The notes under the pieces were generated by a model. The model did no database searches, was not told where the DNA came from, and saw only the letters and a list, made by a program, of their open reading frames with translations. A program made the position numbers and the translations under genes. A stretch of DNA of 64,000 bases from an uncultured Bacillota bacterium (lineage in GTDB: Bacteria > Bacillota > Clostridia > Christensenellales > UBA1242), in NCBI GenBank assembly GCA_949283975.1, contig CASDUK010000001.1:26764-90763 (forward strand), read 5' to 3'. Numbering within the stretch: position 1 is the stretch's first letter; each line of letters opens with the position of its first letter. Shown piece after piece: positions 17,346 to 26,866 of the stretch.

Positions 17346-17373
17346 GGCTTGCAAGATGCAAGCCATTTTTGTT
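17346..17373 (+). terminator. intrinsic terminator/attenuator inside the rpsL leader
   Basis: ggcttgca-aga-tgcaagcc hairpin followed by atttttgtt. It sits ~140 nt downstream of the promoter and 44 nt before the rpsL ATG. Confidence 0.6.
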
Positions 17374-17416
17374 GCCAAAAGGCGAGTTTGGGCTTTGCCC
17401 TTAAAAGGAGAGTGTT

Positions 17417-17788
17417 ATGCCAACAATTAACCAGCTTGTTAGAAAGGGAAGAAAGAGTTTTGACGACAAAAGCAAATCTCCGCTTCTAGACGAGTGTCCT
17501 CAAAAACGCGGCGTTTGCCTTTCGGTTAAAACAACTTCGCCAAAGAAACCTAACTCTGCGCTAAGAAAAATTGCAAGAGTAAGGCTTTCTAACAAAAGTG
17601 AAGCAACGGTTTACATTCCAGGAATTGGCCACAACCTTCAAGAACACAGTGTTGTTTTGGTTAGGGGTGGAAGAGTTAAAGACCTTCCAGGTGTTAGATA
17701 TCACATAGTTCGTGGAACACTTGACGCGGCAGGCGTTGCAAAAAGAAATCAAAGCCGCTCAAAATATGGCGCTAAACGCCCAAAATAA
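17417..17788 (+). CDS. rpsL: 30S ribosomal protein S12
   Basis: 123 aa, [12 protein letters not shown]... Confidence 0.97.
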   Translation: MPTINQLVRKGRKSFDDKSKSPLLDECPQKRGVCLSVKTTSPKKPNSALRKIARVRLSNKSEATVYIPGIGHNLQEHSVVLVRGGRVKDLPGVRYHIVRGTLDAAGVAKRNQSRSKYGAKRPK

Positions 17789-17809
17789 ATTTATTAAAAG
17801 GAGAAAAAT

Positions 17810-18283
17810 ATGCCAAGAAGAAATAGTGCTGTCAAAAGAGATGTTCTTCCAGACCCAATGTATAACAGCAAACTTGTAACAAAACTTATTAACCAAGTTA
17901 TGTTAGATGGCAAGAAGGGCTTAGCGCAATCAATTGTTTATGGCGCATTTGACAGAGTTAAAGAAAAACTTGGTCTTGAACCGCTTGACGCTTTCAACCA
18001 AGCGCTTGAAAACACAAAACCTCTTCTTGAAACAAAGGGAAGAAGAGTTGGCGGTGCAACATACCAAGTTCCAATGGAAATTAGGCCAGAACGCCGCCAA
18101 ACCCTTGCAATTCGTTGGATTGTAACTTTTGCAAGAAAGCGCAACGGCGAAAGAACAATGGAGGAAAGGCTTGCTGGCGAATTAATTGATGCATACAACA
18201 ACACTGGCGCTGCTGTTAAAAGAAAGGAAGAGATGCATCGTATGGCTGAGGCTAACAAGGCTTTTGCTCACTACCGCTGGTAA
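17810..18283 (+). CDS. rpsG: 30S ribosomal protein S7
   Basis: 157 aa, [20 protein letters not shown]... Confidence 0.97.
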   Translation: MPRRNSAVKRDVLPDPMYNSKLVTKLINQVMLDGKKGLAQSIVYGAFDRVKEKLGLEPLDAFNQALENTKPLLETKGRRVGGATYQVPMEIRPERRQTLAIRWIVTFARKRNGERTMEERLAGELIDAYNNTGAAVKRKEEMHRMAEANKAFAHYRW

Positions 18284-18288
18284 AACTT

Positions 18289-18800
18289 CCTTAAATTGGT
18301 TTATACTGTGTCGCTTCGGTTTTTTTGAACTCTCATGTATTATTCATACACTTCAGTCCAAAAAAACCTGTGCTCCTTGTCTAAACGCAATTTAAGAAAG
18401 TTTTAAAAAAGCTAAGGATTTCCTTAAATTGGTTTATACTAGCGCCCTTTCGGTTTTTTTGAACTCTCATGTATTATTCATACACTTCAGTCCAAAAAAC
18501 CCTGTGCTCCTTGTCTAAACACAATTTAAGAAAGTTTTAAAATCTAAGGACTCCTTAAATTGGTTTACACTGCGTCGCTTCGGTTTTTTGAACTCTCATG
18601 TAGCAGTCTACACATCAGTCCAAAAAAACCTGTGCTCCTTGTCTAAACACAATTTAAGAAAGTTTTAAAAAAGCTAAGGATTTCCTTAAATTGGTTTATA
18701 CTGTGTCGCCTCGTGTTTTTTGAACTCTCATGTAGCAGTCTACACATCAGTCCAAAAAACCCTGTGCTCCTTGTCTAAACACAATTTAAGAAAGTTTTAA
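18289..18800 (+). repeat. four tandem copies of a ~131-133 bp long-hairpin element (candidate structured RNA or REP/MITE-like unit)
   Basis: Copies start at 18289, 18422, 18553 and 18684. Each has inverted arms CTTAAATTGGTTTA/TAAACnCAATTTAAG, inner arms GG-T7-G/C-A7-CC, and an apical 5-bp stem. Compensatory differences occur between copies. Confidence 0.85.
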
Positions 18801-18909
18801 GTTTTTTTAAAAATAGTTCGAGTTTAGCTGAAATTAGCGGACAAAGATTTGATTTCTTCAAATTTTTAAGATAATTTCCAAGCTTTGGAAATTTAAGGAG
18901 GTTTTAAGT

Positions 18910-19206
18910 ATGTTTATTGAAAAATTGGAAAGAACAGACTTAGAAACTTTTGGCAAAGATTATTTAAATTTGGAAGTTGATGAGTTTGAAAAGCTTGACG
19001 AAAGCGTTTATGTTAGGTTTAGTCATAAAACTTTTGAAGATGTTTTCGAGTTTACATTTTCAGATTTTAATTGCCTTGGCCTAAACGATCTTTCAAAAGG
19101 AACAGAAAAAGGCGTTCAAATATTGTATAGGCGCTTTATGGCCGAGAAATTTGGAAATTATAGCAACCAAATAACAAATGATGCCGGAGGGCAACCAGAA
19201 TTTTAA
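18910..19206 (+). CDS. acidic 98-aa protein, unknown function, inserted between rpsG and fusA
   Basis: Strong SD (taaggagg, 8 nt before the ATG). Ends 25 nt before fusA. I recognise no motif. Confidence 0.6.
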   Translation: MFIEKLERTDLETFGKDYLNLEVDEFEKLDESVYVRFSHKTFEDVFEFTFSDFNCLGLNDLSKGTEKGVQILYRRFMAEKFGNYSNQITNDAGGQPEF

Positions 19207-19231
19207 AAATTAATTTATAAAGGAGAAAAAA

Positions 19232-21304
19232 ATGGCTGAAGATTTACGTTTGACCAGAAACGTTGGAATTATGGCACACATCGATGCGGGAAAGACAACA
19301 ACAACAGAAAGAATTCTTTTCTACACCGGAAAGAGCCACAAAATTGGTGAAGTTCATGACGGCCAAGCAACAATGGACTGGATGGCTCAAGAACAGGAAA
19401 GAGGAATTACAATTACTTCTGCCTGCACAACATGCCAATGGAATGGTCATAAAATCAACATCATCGACACCCCAGGCCACGTTGACTTTACAATTGAAGT
19501 TTTGCGTTCGTTAAAGGTTTTGGACGGGGCTGTTTTGGTTTTGAGCGCAAGAGATAAAGTTCAACCTCAAACAGAAACAGTTTGGCGCCAGGCAACAGAA
19601 TGTAAAGTTCCAGTTATCATCTATGTTAACAAAATGGATAGAGATGATGCATATTTCGACAAGTGTGTTGACAGCGTTAGAGAAAGGCTTCACACAACGC
19701 CGCTTCCTCTTCAAATGCCAATTGGAATGGCAGAAACATTTAAAGGCGTTATTGACCTTTTGAAGATGAAAGCATACATTCCAGAAGACGACCTTGGAAA
19801 GATTATTGACGAGGTTGAAATTCCAGAAGAATATAAAGCAGAGGCAGAAAAGAGAAGAAGCCAACTTATAGAAGCAATTGTTGAAACAGACGATGCTCTT
19901 TTGGAAAAATATTTTGAGGGAGAGGAAATTTCAATTCAAGAATTAAACAAAGCAATTCGCGCGGCAACAATTTCAAAGAAAGTAACGCCAATGCTTTGCG
20001 GCTCTTCCTATAAAAACAAAGGCGTTCAAAATCTTTTGGACGCAATGGTTGAATATCTTCCATCGCCTCTTGACATTGAGGCAATTAAGGGAATTAACCC
20101 AGAAACAGGAAAAGAAGAAAGCAGAGAAGCAGATGTTAAAGCGCCTTTTGCAGGCCTTGCATTTAAAATTGCAACAGACCCGTTTGTTGGCGGGTTAACT
20201 TTCTTCCGCGTTTACAGCGGTGTTTTAAAAGCAGGTTCATATGTTTACAACTCAATTACCGGAAAAACCGAAAGAGTTGGAAGGCTTATTAGAATGCACG
20301 CAAACAACAGAACAGAAATTCAGGAAGTTGGAGCGGGAGATATCGCAGCAATTGTTGGCCTTAAAGATACAATAACTGGCCACACGCTTTGCGATGAAAA
20401 ACACCCAATTCAACTTGAAAGCATGAATTTCCCAGAGCCAGTTATTCAACTTGCAATTGAGCCTAAAACAAAGGATATGCAGGAAAAAATGGCGCTTGCG
20501 CTTGCAAAGCTTTCCCGTGAAGACCCCTCTTTTAGGGTTTCAACAAACAGCGAAACAGGGCAAACTCTTATTGCCGGAATGGGTGAGCTCCACCTTGAAA
20601 TTATTGTTGATCGCTTGCTTCGCGAGTTTAAAGTTGAGGCAAATGTTGGCCAACCACAGGTTTCCTATCGTGAAACAATTACAAGGCCGGTTAAGGCAGA
20701 GGGTAAATATATCCGTCAGTCCGGCGGTAAAGGACAATATGGCCACTGCTTAATTGAAATGGAACCGCTTGAAAGAGGAGCGGGGTATGAGTTTGTTGAC
20801 AAAACAGTTGGCGGCTCAATTCCAAAAGAATATATCCAGCCAATCAACAACGGAATTAAAGAGGCAAAAATGTGCGGAGTTTTGGCAGGATATGAAACGG
20901 TTGACTTTAGAGTTACTGTTTATGACGGATCTTTCCACGAAGTTGACTCCTCAGAAATGGCCTTCAAAATTGCCGGCTCAATGGCATTTAAAGATGGCGC
21001 AACAAAAGCTGGCCCAGTTCTGCTTGAGCCAATTATGAAAGTTACTGTTGAAGTTCCAGATGAATATCTTGGAACGGTTATGGGAAACCTTACAAGCCGC
21101 CGAGGAATCCTTCTTGGAAACGACACAATTCCGGGCGTTCAAAGAATTAACGCAGAAGTTCCTCTTGCAGAAATGTTTGGTTATGCAACAGATTTGCGTT
21201 CTCAAACCCAGGGGCGCGGAACTTTTGTTATGGAGCCTCTTAAATATCAGGAAGTTCCAAAGTCAATTACCGACAAAATTGTTGGTGAAAGAGCTAAAAA
21301 ATAG
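19232..21304 (+). CDS. fusA: translation elongation factor G
   Basis: 690 aa with AHIDAGKTT and DTPGHVDF motifs. Confidence 0.97.
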   Translation: MAEDLRLTRNVGIMAHIDAGKTTTTERILFYTGKSHKIGEVHDGQATMDWMAQEQERGITITSACTTCQWNGHKINIIDTPGHVDFTIEVLRSLKVLDGAVLVLSARDKVQPQTETVWRQATECKVPVIIYVNKMDRDDAYFDKCVDSVRERLHTTPLPLQMPIGMAETFKGVIDLLKMKAYIPEDDLGKIIDEVEIPEEYKAEAEKRRSQLIEAIVETDDALLEKYFEGEEISIQELNKAIRAATISKKVTPMLCGSSYKNKGVQNLLDAMVEYLPSPLDIEAIKGINPETGKEESREADVKAPFAGLAFKIATDPFVGGLTFFRVYSGVLKAGSYVYNSITGKTERVGRLIRMHANNRTEIQEVGAGDIAAIVGLKDTITGHTLCDEKHPIQLESMNFPEPVIQLAIEPKTKDMQEKMALALAKLSREDPSFRVSTNSETGQTLIAGMGELHLEIIVDRLLREFKVEANVGQPQVSYRETITRPVKAEGKYIRQSGGKGQYGHCLIEMEPLERGAGYEFVDKTVGGSIPKEYIQPINNGIKEAKMCGVLAGYETVDFRVTVYDGSFHEVDSSEMAFKIAGSMAFKDGATKAGPVLLEPIMKVTVEVPDEYLGTVMGNLTSRRGILLGNDTIPGVQRINAEVPLAEMFGYATDLRSQTQGRGTFVMEPLKYQEVPKSITDKIVGERAKK

Positions 21305-21390
21305 GTTAAAATCGTTTGCAAAAATTTTTTAAATATGTTAACATGCAATCGTATTAACAAAATACAAAATATTAATAAGGAGAATTAAAA

Positions 21391-22593
21391 ATGGCAAAGG
21401 AAAAATTCGACAGGTCTTTAACCCACGTTAACATTGGAACAATTGGCCACGTTGACCACGGAAAGACCACACTTACGGCTGCTATCTGCCGTTACAGCAA
21501 CATGCTTGGTCTTGCTGATGCTATGAAATATGATGAAATTGATAAGGCACCAGAAGAAAAAGCAAGAGGTATTACCATCAATACTGCACACGTTGAATAC
21601 AAAACAAAAAAGCGCCACTATGCACACGTTGACTGCCCAGGACACGCAGACTATGTTAAAAACATGATTACTGGTGCTGCTCAAATGGACGGAGCTATTT
21701 TGGTTGTTTCAGCAGCTGATGGCCCAATGCCTCAAACAAGAGAGCACATCTTGCTCGCTCGTCAGGTTGGCGTTCCATACATTGTTGTATTTATGAACAA
21801 AGTTGACCAAGTTGACGACCCAGAACTTTTGGAACTTGTTGAAATGGAAATTCGTGATCTTTTAACAGCTTATGGATTCCCAGGAGACACAACTCCAATC
21901 ATTAAGGGTTCTGCATTAAAAGCAAACGAAGCTTGCGATGCAAACGACATCAACAGCGAATGGTTAAAGCCAATTCAAGAACTTCTTGACACAATTGACT
22001 CTTACATTCCAGACCCTGTTCGTGAAACAGACAAGCCTTTCTTGATGCCAGTTGAAGACGTCTTTACAATTACAGGACGTGGAACTGTTGCAACAGGAAG
22101 AGTTGAAAGAGGAGTTGTTAAAGTTGGTGACACAGTTGAAATTGTTGGCCTTGGTGCACAAAAACAAACTGTCGTTACAGGCGTTGAAATGTTTAGAAAA
22201 CTTCTTGATGAAGCTCAAGCAGGAGATAACATTGGTGTATTGCTTCGTGGTATCACTCGTCAAGAAATTGAAAGAGGACAAGTTCTCTGCAAACCAGGTT
22301 CAATCCACCCACACACAGAGTTTACAGCAGAAGTTTACGTCCTTAAGAAAGAAGAAGGCGGACGCCACACACCATTCTTCAATGGTTATAGGCCTCAGTT
22401 CTACTTCAGAACAACAGACGTTACAGGAACAATTGAACTTCCACAAGGAGTTGAGATGGTTATGCCTGGCGACAACGTTAGTATGACAATCAAATTGATC
22501 TCACCAATTGCTATCGAGCAAGGTCTTCGCTTTGCTATCCGTGAAGGCGGAAGAACTGTTGGAAGCGGTGTTGTTGCACAAATTATCAAATAA
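21391..22593 (+). CDS. tuf: translation elongation factor Tu
   Basis: 400 aa with [10 protein letters not shown] and DCPGHADY motifs. Confidence 0.97.
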   Translation: MAKEKFDRSLTHVNIGTIGHVDHGKTTLTAAICRYSNMLGLADAMKYDEIDKAPEEKARGITINTAHVEYKTKKRHYAHVDCPGHADYVKNMITGAAQMDGAILVVSAADGPMPQTREHILLARQVGVPYIVVFMNKVDQVDDPELLELVEMEIRDLLTAYGFPGDTTPIIKGSALKANEACDANDINSEWLKPIQELLDTIDSYIPDPVRETDKPFLMPVEDVFTITGRGTVATGRVERGVVKVGDTVEIVGLGAQKQTVVTGVEMFRKLLDEAQAGDNIGVLLRGITRQEIERGQVLCKPGSIHPHTEFTAEVYVLKKEEGGRHTPFFNGYRPQFYFRTTDVTGTIELPQGVEMVMPGDNVSMTIKLISPIAIEQGLRFAIREGGRTVGSGVVAQIIK

Positions 22594-22635
22594 TTATTTA
22601 AAATCTAACCCAAGCAGACCGAACGGCTTGGAAAC

Positions 22636-22669
22636 AAAAAAACCAGTTGACCGAACGACTGGTTTTTTT
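22636..22669 (+). terminator. intrinsic terminator after tuf
   Basis: accagt-(10 nt)-actggt hairpin with an A7/T7 extension. Preceded by a second hairpin, ccaagc...gcttgg, at 22609..22631. Confidence 0.8.
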
Positions 22670-22814
22670 AAAATTTAATTAATTTATTTGTTTTTTAAGA
22701 CAAAAATAGCAATTTTAATTATTTTTTTGAAATAAAAAAATTAATCTTTTTGCAAATTAAAATACATTAACAAACTTTAAAAATATATGTTACAATATGC
22801 TCAAGAGGAGATTT

Positions 22815-23282
22815 ATGAAAGTTTTATTGGTTGTTGACGTTCAAAATGGCTTTATGAAAAATGACAAATATAAAGAGCTTAGCAATAAAATAGATGAATA
22901 TATTGCAAAAAGCAATTATGATAAAATTATTTTCACAAAATTCATAAACGATAAATTAAAGAACCCACTTTATCAGGATAGAATGAGTTGGGGAAAACTA
23001 ACAACGGAAGCTCAGCAAGAATTTTCTGTCAAAGTGCCTTCAAATGCAATTGTTATGGAAAAATATGGATATGGTTTAACTAGGGAAAACTTGGATTACA
23101 TAGATTCTTTAAAGGTTAACGAAATTGATGTTTGTGGGTTGGAATCCGAGGCCTGCGTTTATGCGGTCGCTTTGCAATTGTGGGACATGGGAATTTATCC
23201 AAACATATTGGCCAAATATATAGAGGGGGATTTTGATATGAAGGAAATTTTTATTAAAAATTTTGGAAATATTACAATATAA
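22815..23282 (+). CDS. isochorismatase-family cysteine hydrolase
   Basis: I start at MKVLLVVDVQNGF (SD gaggag upstream). Motif VCGLESEACV near the C-terminus. Confidence 0.7.
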   Translation: MKVLLVVDVQNGFMKNDKYKELSNKIDEYIAKSNYDKIIFTKFINDKLKNPLYQDRMSWGKLTTEAQQEFSVKVPSNAIVMEKYGYGLTRENLDYIDSLKVNEIDVCGLESEACVYAVALQLWDMGIYPNILAKYIEGDFDMKEIFIKNFGNITI

Positions 23283-23340
23283 ATAGAAAAATATACAATT
23301 TTTTAAATTTAAGCAGCAAACAAAGTAATAATGCGAAAAA

Positions 23341-23370
23341 AGAAAATTCAGTGAATTTTCTTTTTGTTTT
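23341..23370 (+). terminator. intrinsic terminator
   Basis: agaaaattc-agt-gaattttct hairpin followed by ttttgtttt. Confidence 0.7.
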
Positions 23371-23427
23371 ATAAAAACATTAAATAAAGCTAGTTTTTAA
23401 CTATATGGATAGTTTGGGAAATGACAA

Positions 23428-24210
23428 TTATCTTTTCCAATATTTTTTCTTAAAATTTTGTTGTTTGCGCCAAATAGAAAGAAAAACGCCAGTTGGTATA
23501 ATTCTAGTTAAAAATGCCATAAATTTAGTTGTTATCCCATATAAAGAGAATCTTTTGCGTTTTTTAGCGCATTTTAAAGCATATTTAACGACTTTTTTAG
23601 GGTCATACATAACTTGATAGTAAGTTATAACATCGTTTTGTGTTGATTTTGCGCGGTTAAAAAACTGGGTTTTCGTCCAATATGGACAAACGCAAGTTAC
23701 GGAAATTTTTCTTGGAATTAGTTCTTCTCCAAGAGAGACGGAATAACTTTTTAAAAATGCTTTGGTTGCAGCATAGACATTGACATATGGAATTGGCGCA
23801 AATGCTGAGATTGAGGCAATTTGAACAATTCTTCCAAGCCTTGGAATGTATGGAAGGGTTAGTTCCGTCATCCTAACAGTTCCCTTGCAGTTTAAGTCTA
23901 TCATGTTAAGCGATTGCTCAAGAGGAATTTCGTCATACCTCCCAAACTTTCCAAAGCCGCTGCAGTTGATTAGCAAGCCAACTTCGGGCTTGTTTTCTTC
24001 AAGCATTTTTTGATAGGCTAAAAAACTTTCTTCCTTTGTTAAATCTAGCGCAAGAGGAACAACCTTTGTTTTCATTTCCTTACAAAGAGTCTCCAGCCCC
24101 TCCTTGTCGAGCGCAATTCCCCAAATTTCATCAAAGCCAAGCCCGTCTATTTGTTTGGCAAATTCCCTTCCAATTCCAGAAGATGCACCAGTTACAATTG
24201 CAATTTTCAT
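23428..24210 (-). CDS. short-chain dehydrogenase/reductase (SDR)
   Basis: I start at MKIAIVTGASSGIGREFA (SD ggggg upstream). The track N-terminal extension is AT-rich read-through. Confidence 0.8.
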   Translation of the reverse strand: MKIAIVTGASSGIGREFAKQIDGLGFDEIWGIALDKEGLETLCKEMKTKVVPLALDLTKEESFLAYQKMLEENKPEVGLLINCSGFGKFGRYDEIPLEQSLNMIDLNCKGTVRMTELTLPYIPRLGRIVQIASISAFAPIPYVNVYAATKAFLKSYSVSLGEELIPRKISVTCVCPYWTKTQFFNRAKSTQNDVITYYQVMYDPKKVVKYALKCAKKRKRFSLYGITTKFMAFLTRIIPTGVFLSIWRKQQNFKKKYWKR

Positions 24211-24381
24211 GTCTTTCCCCCTTAAAAGTAAATTAAACATAATTATTATAATAAAAAATTTAAAAATTAAAAAACAATTGTTAAAAATTTTTAGAATACT
24301 TGACATATTCGGTTATATTTAGTATTCTATATTTAAGTAAGTTTGCCGAGGCAAGTTTACTTTATTTTTAAGGAGAAAGAA

Positions 24382-25578
24382 ATGAAAATTTTAGTTATAA
24401 ACGCGGGAAGCAGTTCGCTTAAATATCAACTTTTTGATATGGAAAAAGAAACTGTTTTAGCAAAGGGAAATTGCCAAAAAATTGGAATAAAAGGGTCTTT
24501 TATAACCCACAAATATGGTTCAAATTCAACAAAGATTGAAATTGAGCTTAAAAACCACAACGAGGCAATGCAAAAAGTTTTAAGCTTGCTAACTGGCAGT
24601 GAGTTTGGGGTTATTAAATCGTTAAACGAAATTTCTGCTGTTGGCCACAGGGTTTTACATGGCGGCGAAATTTATAAAGATTCTGTTTTAGTAACAGACG
24701 AGGTTATGAAAAACCTTGAAGCATTAAAGCCGCTTGGCCCGCTTCACATGCCGGCAAACATTTCTGGAATTGTTGCCTGCCAAAAAATTCTTCCGTCTGC
24801 GCCCCAAGTTGCTGTTTTTGACACGGCTTTTCACGCAAACATGCCAAAAGAAGCGTTTTTATATGCAATTCCATATGAAGCATATGAGGATTGGAGAATT
24901 AGAAGATATGGCTTCCACGGAACAAGCCACAAGTTTGTTTCTGGCGAGGCTGCAAAACTTTTGGGAAAGAATTTAGAGGACGCAAAAATTATAACTGTCC
25001 ACCTTGGAAACGGCTCAAGCGTTGCAGCGGTTAGCGGCGGCCACAGCATTGACACTTCAATGGGTTTCACTCCGTTAGAGGGGTTAATTATGGGAACGCG
25101 AAGCGGCGATGTTGACGCCTCTGTTGTTTCCTTTATTGCGGAAAAGTTGGGCTTAAAAGGCGATGAAATTGCTCAATATTTCAACAAAAAATGTGGGGCT
25201 CTTGGAATTTCTGGCGTTTCAAGCGACATGATGGACATAAACGAAGCTTCTGAAAATGGAAATGAGCGCGCAAAACTTGTTGTTCCAATGATGGCTCACA
25301 GAATTAAAAAATACATCGGCGCATATGCAGCGCTTTTAAACGGCGTTGACGCAATTGTTTTCACTGGCGGAATTGGCGAAAATCAGGCAGATTTAAGAGA
25401 GCTAAGCCTTTCTAACATGGAATATCTTGGCGTTGAGTTCGACAAGGATAAAAACAACAACCTTCCAAGAGGAACGGTTGAGGAAATTTCAAAGCCAAAC
25501 TCGCGCGTTAAGGTTTTTAGAATTCCAACGGACGAAGAACTTGTTATTGCAAGAGACACGCTAAATTTAATAAAGTAA
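24382..25578 (+). CDS. ackA: acetate kinase
   Basis: I start at MKILVINAGSSSLKYQLF (SD aaggag upstream). Confidence 0.92.
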   Translation: MKILVINAGSSSLKYQLFDMEKETVLAKGNCQKIGIKGSFITHKYGSNSTKIEIELKNHNEAMQKVLSLLTGSEFGVIKSLNEISAVGHRVLHGGEIYKDSVLVTDEVMKNLEALKPLGPLHMPANISGIVACQKILPSAPQVAVFDTAFHANMPKEAFLYAIPYEAYEDWRIRRYGFHGTSHKFVSGEAAKLLGKNLEDAKIITVHLGNGSSVAAVSGGHSIDTSMGFTPLEGLIMGTRSGDVDASVVSFIAEKLGLKGDEIAQYFNKKCGALGISGVSSDMMDINEASENGNERAKLVVPMMAHRIKKYIGAYAALLNGVDAIVFTGGIGENQADLRELSLSNMEYLGVEFDKDKNNNLPRGTVEEISKPNSRVKVFRIPTDEELVIARDTLNLIK

Positions 25579-25588
25579 CAAAAAAAAG

Positions 25589-25616
25589 TTGACAAAAAGG
25601 TGTTATGTGATATAAT
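25589..25616 (+). promoter_or_regulatory. sigma-A type promoter for rpmF
   Basis: TTGACA, 16-nt spacer, TGaTATAAT (extended -10). Confidence 0.65.
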
Positions 25617-25657
25617 AGCCAAGCAAGATTTTAAAAAATATTTAGGAGGAAGAGAAG

Positions 25658-25855
25658 ATGGCAGTTCCAAAGGGTAAGGTTTCAAAAGCTAGAAGGAATT
25701 CAAGAAATTCGGCAAATTTTAAAGTTTCTGCGCCAACATTAGTTGAATGTCCAACTTGCCACGAACTTAAAGTTCCACACAAAGTTTGCAAAAAATGTGG
25801 AAGTTATGACGGCAAAAAAGTTATTGAAGATAAGAAAGAAAAAAAGGCCCAATAA
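25658..25855 (+). CDS. rpmF: 50S ribosomal protein L32 (zinc-ribbon form)
   Basis: 65 aa, MAVPKGKVSKARRNSR, with CPTC...CKKC. Confidence 0.92.
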   Translation: MAVPKGKVSKARRNSRNSANFKVSAPTLVECPTCHELKVPHKVCKKCGSYDGKKVIEDKKEKKAQ

Positions 25856-25872
25856 TTTGGCCTTTTATTTTT
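25842..25872 (+). terminator. intrinsic terminator after rpmF
   Basis: aaggcc...ggcctt imperfect hairpin followed by a T-run. Confidence 0.6.
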
Positions 25873-25882
25873 TATATTAATT

Positions 25883-26191
25883 TTATGCAATTCCAAAAAG
25901 TTTAACAAAGTCCGCAGGGAAAACGCTTGAGAAAATGTAGAAGAAAGCAATTGCAAGGAAAATTATTAGAAGAACAATTTTAACAATGCTTTTTCCAATT
26001 AAATTAACAATTACCATTGCGCCAACAATTGTTAGCGCTCCATAGTTTACAAGGTAGTCAACCAAGCCCTGTGCGTTTGCAATTACATCGTCCATAAAAT
26101 GGAGATGGTTGTTTAAAGATATCAAAAGCAAAGCAATTAAAAGCAAAAAGCCCGCAACAGAAACAACCCAGTTTAAAATTCTTCTTAACAT
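25883..26191 (-). CDS. small membrane protein, unknown function
   Basis: 102 aa with three hydrophobic segments. SD gggagg upstream. Confidence 0.55.
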   Translation of the reverse strand: MLRRILNWVVSVAGFLLLIALLLISLNNHLHFMDDVIANAQGLVDYLVNYGALTIVGAMVIVNLIGKSIVKIVLLIIFLAIAFFYIFSSVFPADFVKLFGIA

Positions 26192-26232
26192 AAAAGCCTC
26201 CCTAATACATTTATAACATATTTAAAAAAAGT

Positions 26233-26266
26233 TTGCAATATGTTTAAAAAATTATATAATTTTCAT
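26233..26266 (+). promoter_or_regulatory. promoter with its -10 placed 6 nt before the engB ATG; candidate leaderless promoter
   Basis: TTGCAA, 16-nt spacer, TATAAT, tttcat, ATG(26267). Confidence 0.5.
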
Positions 26267-26866
26267 ATGATAGTTAGCAGTTCGGAATTTGTTAAAAGTG
26301 TTTCAAAATTTGAAAATCTTTTAGATCTTGGTGCATATGAATTTGCTTTTGTTGGAAGGAGCAACTGTGGGAAAAGTTCGCTGATAAATATGTTAACTTC
26401 GCGGAAAAAACTTGCAAAAACATCTCAAACTCCTGGCCACACAAAACTTGTAAACTATTTTTTAATAAATAAAAACAAGCCAAACATGTTTGTTTTAGTT
26501 GACCTTCCGGGCTATGGTTTTTCCAGGGCAGGAAAGGAGCAGAGCGAAAATTGGAGTCCGCTTATTGAAGGATATTTGCTAAATGGAAAAAACTTAAAGC
26601 GCGTTTTTGTTTTGATTGATTGTCGCCACAAGCCAACAGAAAAGGATTTGCAACTTGTAAATTTCTTGTATTACAACCAAATTCCGTTTTGCGTTGTTTT
26701 AACCAAGGTTGACAAGCTTTCAAAGGCTCAGCTTTCAAAAAATCTTCCCGAAATTGTTGCAACGCTAAAACTCGGGAAGGAAAATTTAATTAAATCATCT
26801 TCTCAAACTGGTCAGGGCAGGGAAGAAATTTTGGAAATAATTGAGAGAGATTTAACCTCTATTTAG
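26267..26866 (+). CDS. engB: ribosome biogenesis GTPase EngB/YsxC
   Basis: MIVSSSEFVKSVS...GRSNCGKSSLINML. The track start at 26240 is a possible alternative. Confidence 0.85.
   Translation: MIVSSSEFVKSVSKFENLLDLGAYEFAFVGRSNCGKSSLINMLTSRKKLAKTSQTPGHTKLVNYFLINKNKPNMFVLVDLPGYGFSRAGKEQSENWSPLIEGYLLNGKNLKRVFVLIDCRHKPTEKDLQLVNFLYYNQIPFCVVLTKVDKLSKAQLSKNLPEIVATLKLGKENLIKSSSQTGQGREEILEIIERDLTSI

Noticed and set aside
18335-18406. Small peptide ORFs inside the repeat units (ATG TAT TAT TCA..., 23 codons in copies 1-2; TTG GTT TAT ACT..., after the SD-like TAAGGA)
   Set aside because: In copies 3-4 the ATG is followed immediately by TAG. The TTG-initiated frame has very different lengths in different copies (10 versus 29 codons). 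No frame is conserved, so the conservation is structural and not coding.
18289-18800. CRISPR array interpretation of the rpsG-fusA repeats
   Set aside because: The units are about 131 bp and directly abut one another. There are no unique spacers between short repeats and no cas genes in the window.
18289-18800. Integron attC sites or gene cassettes
   Set aside because: The inverted arms do not match the RYYYAAC/GTTRRRY core sites (GTTTATA and GTCTAAAC do not fit). There are no cassette ORFs between units and no integrase.
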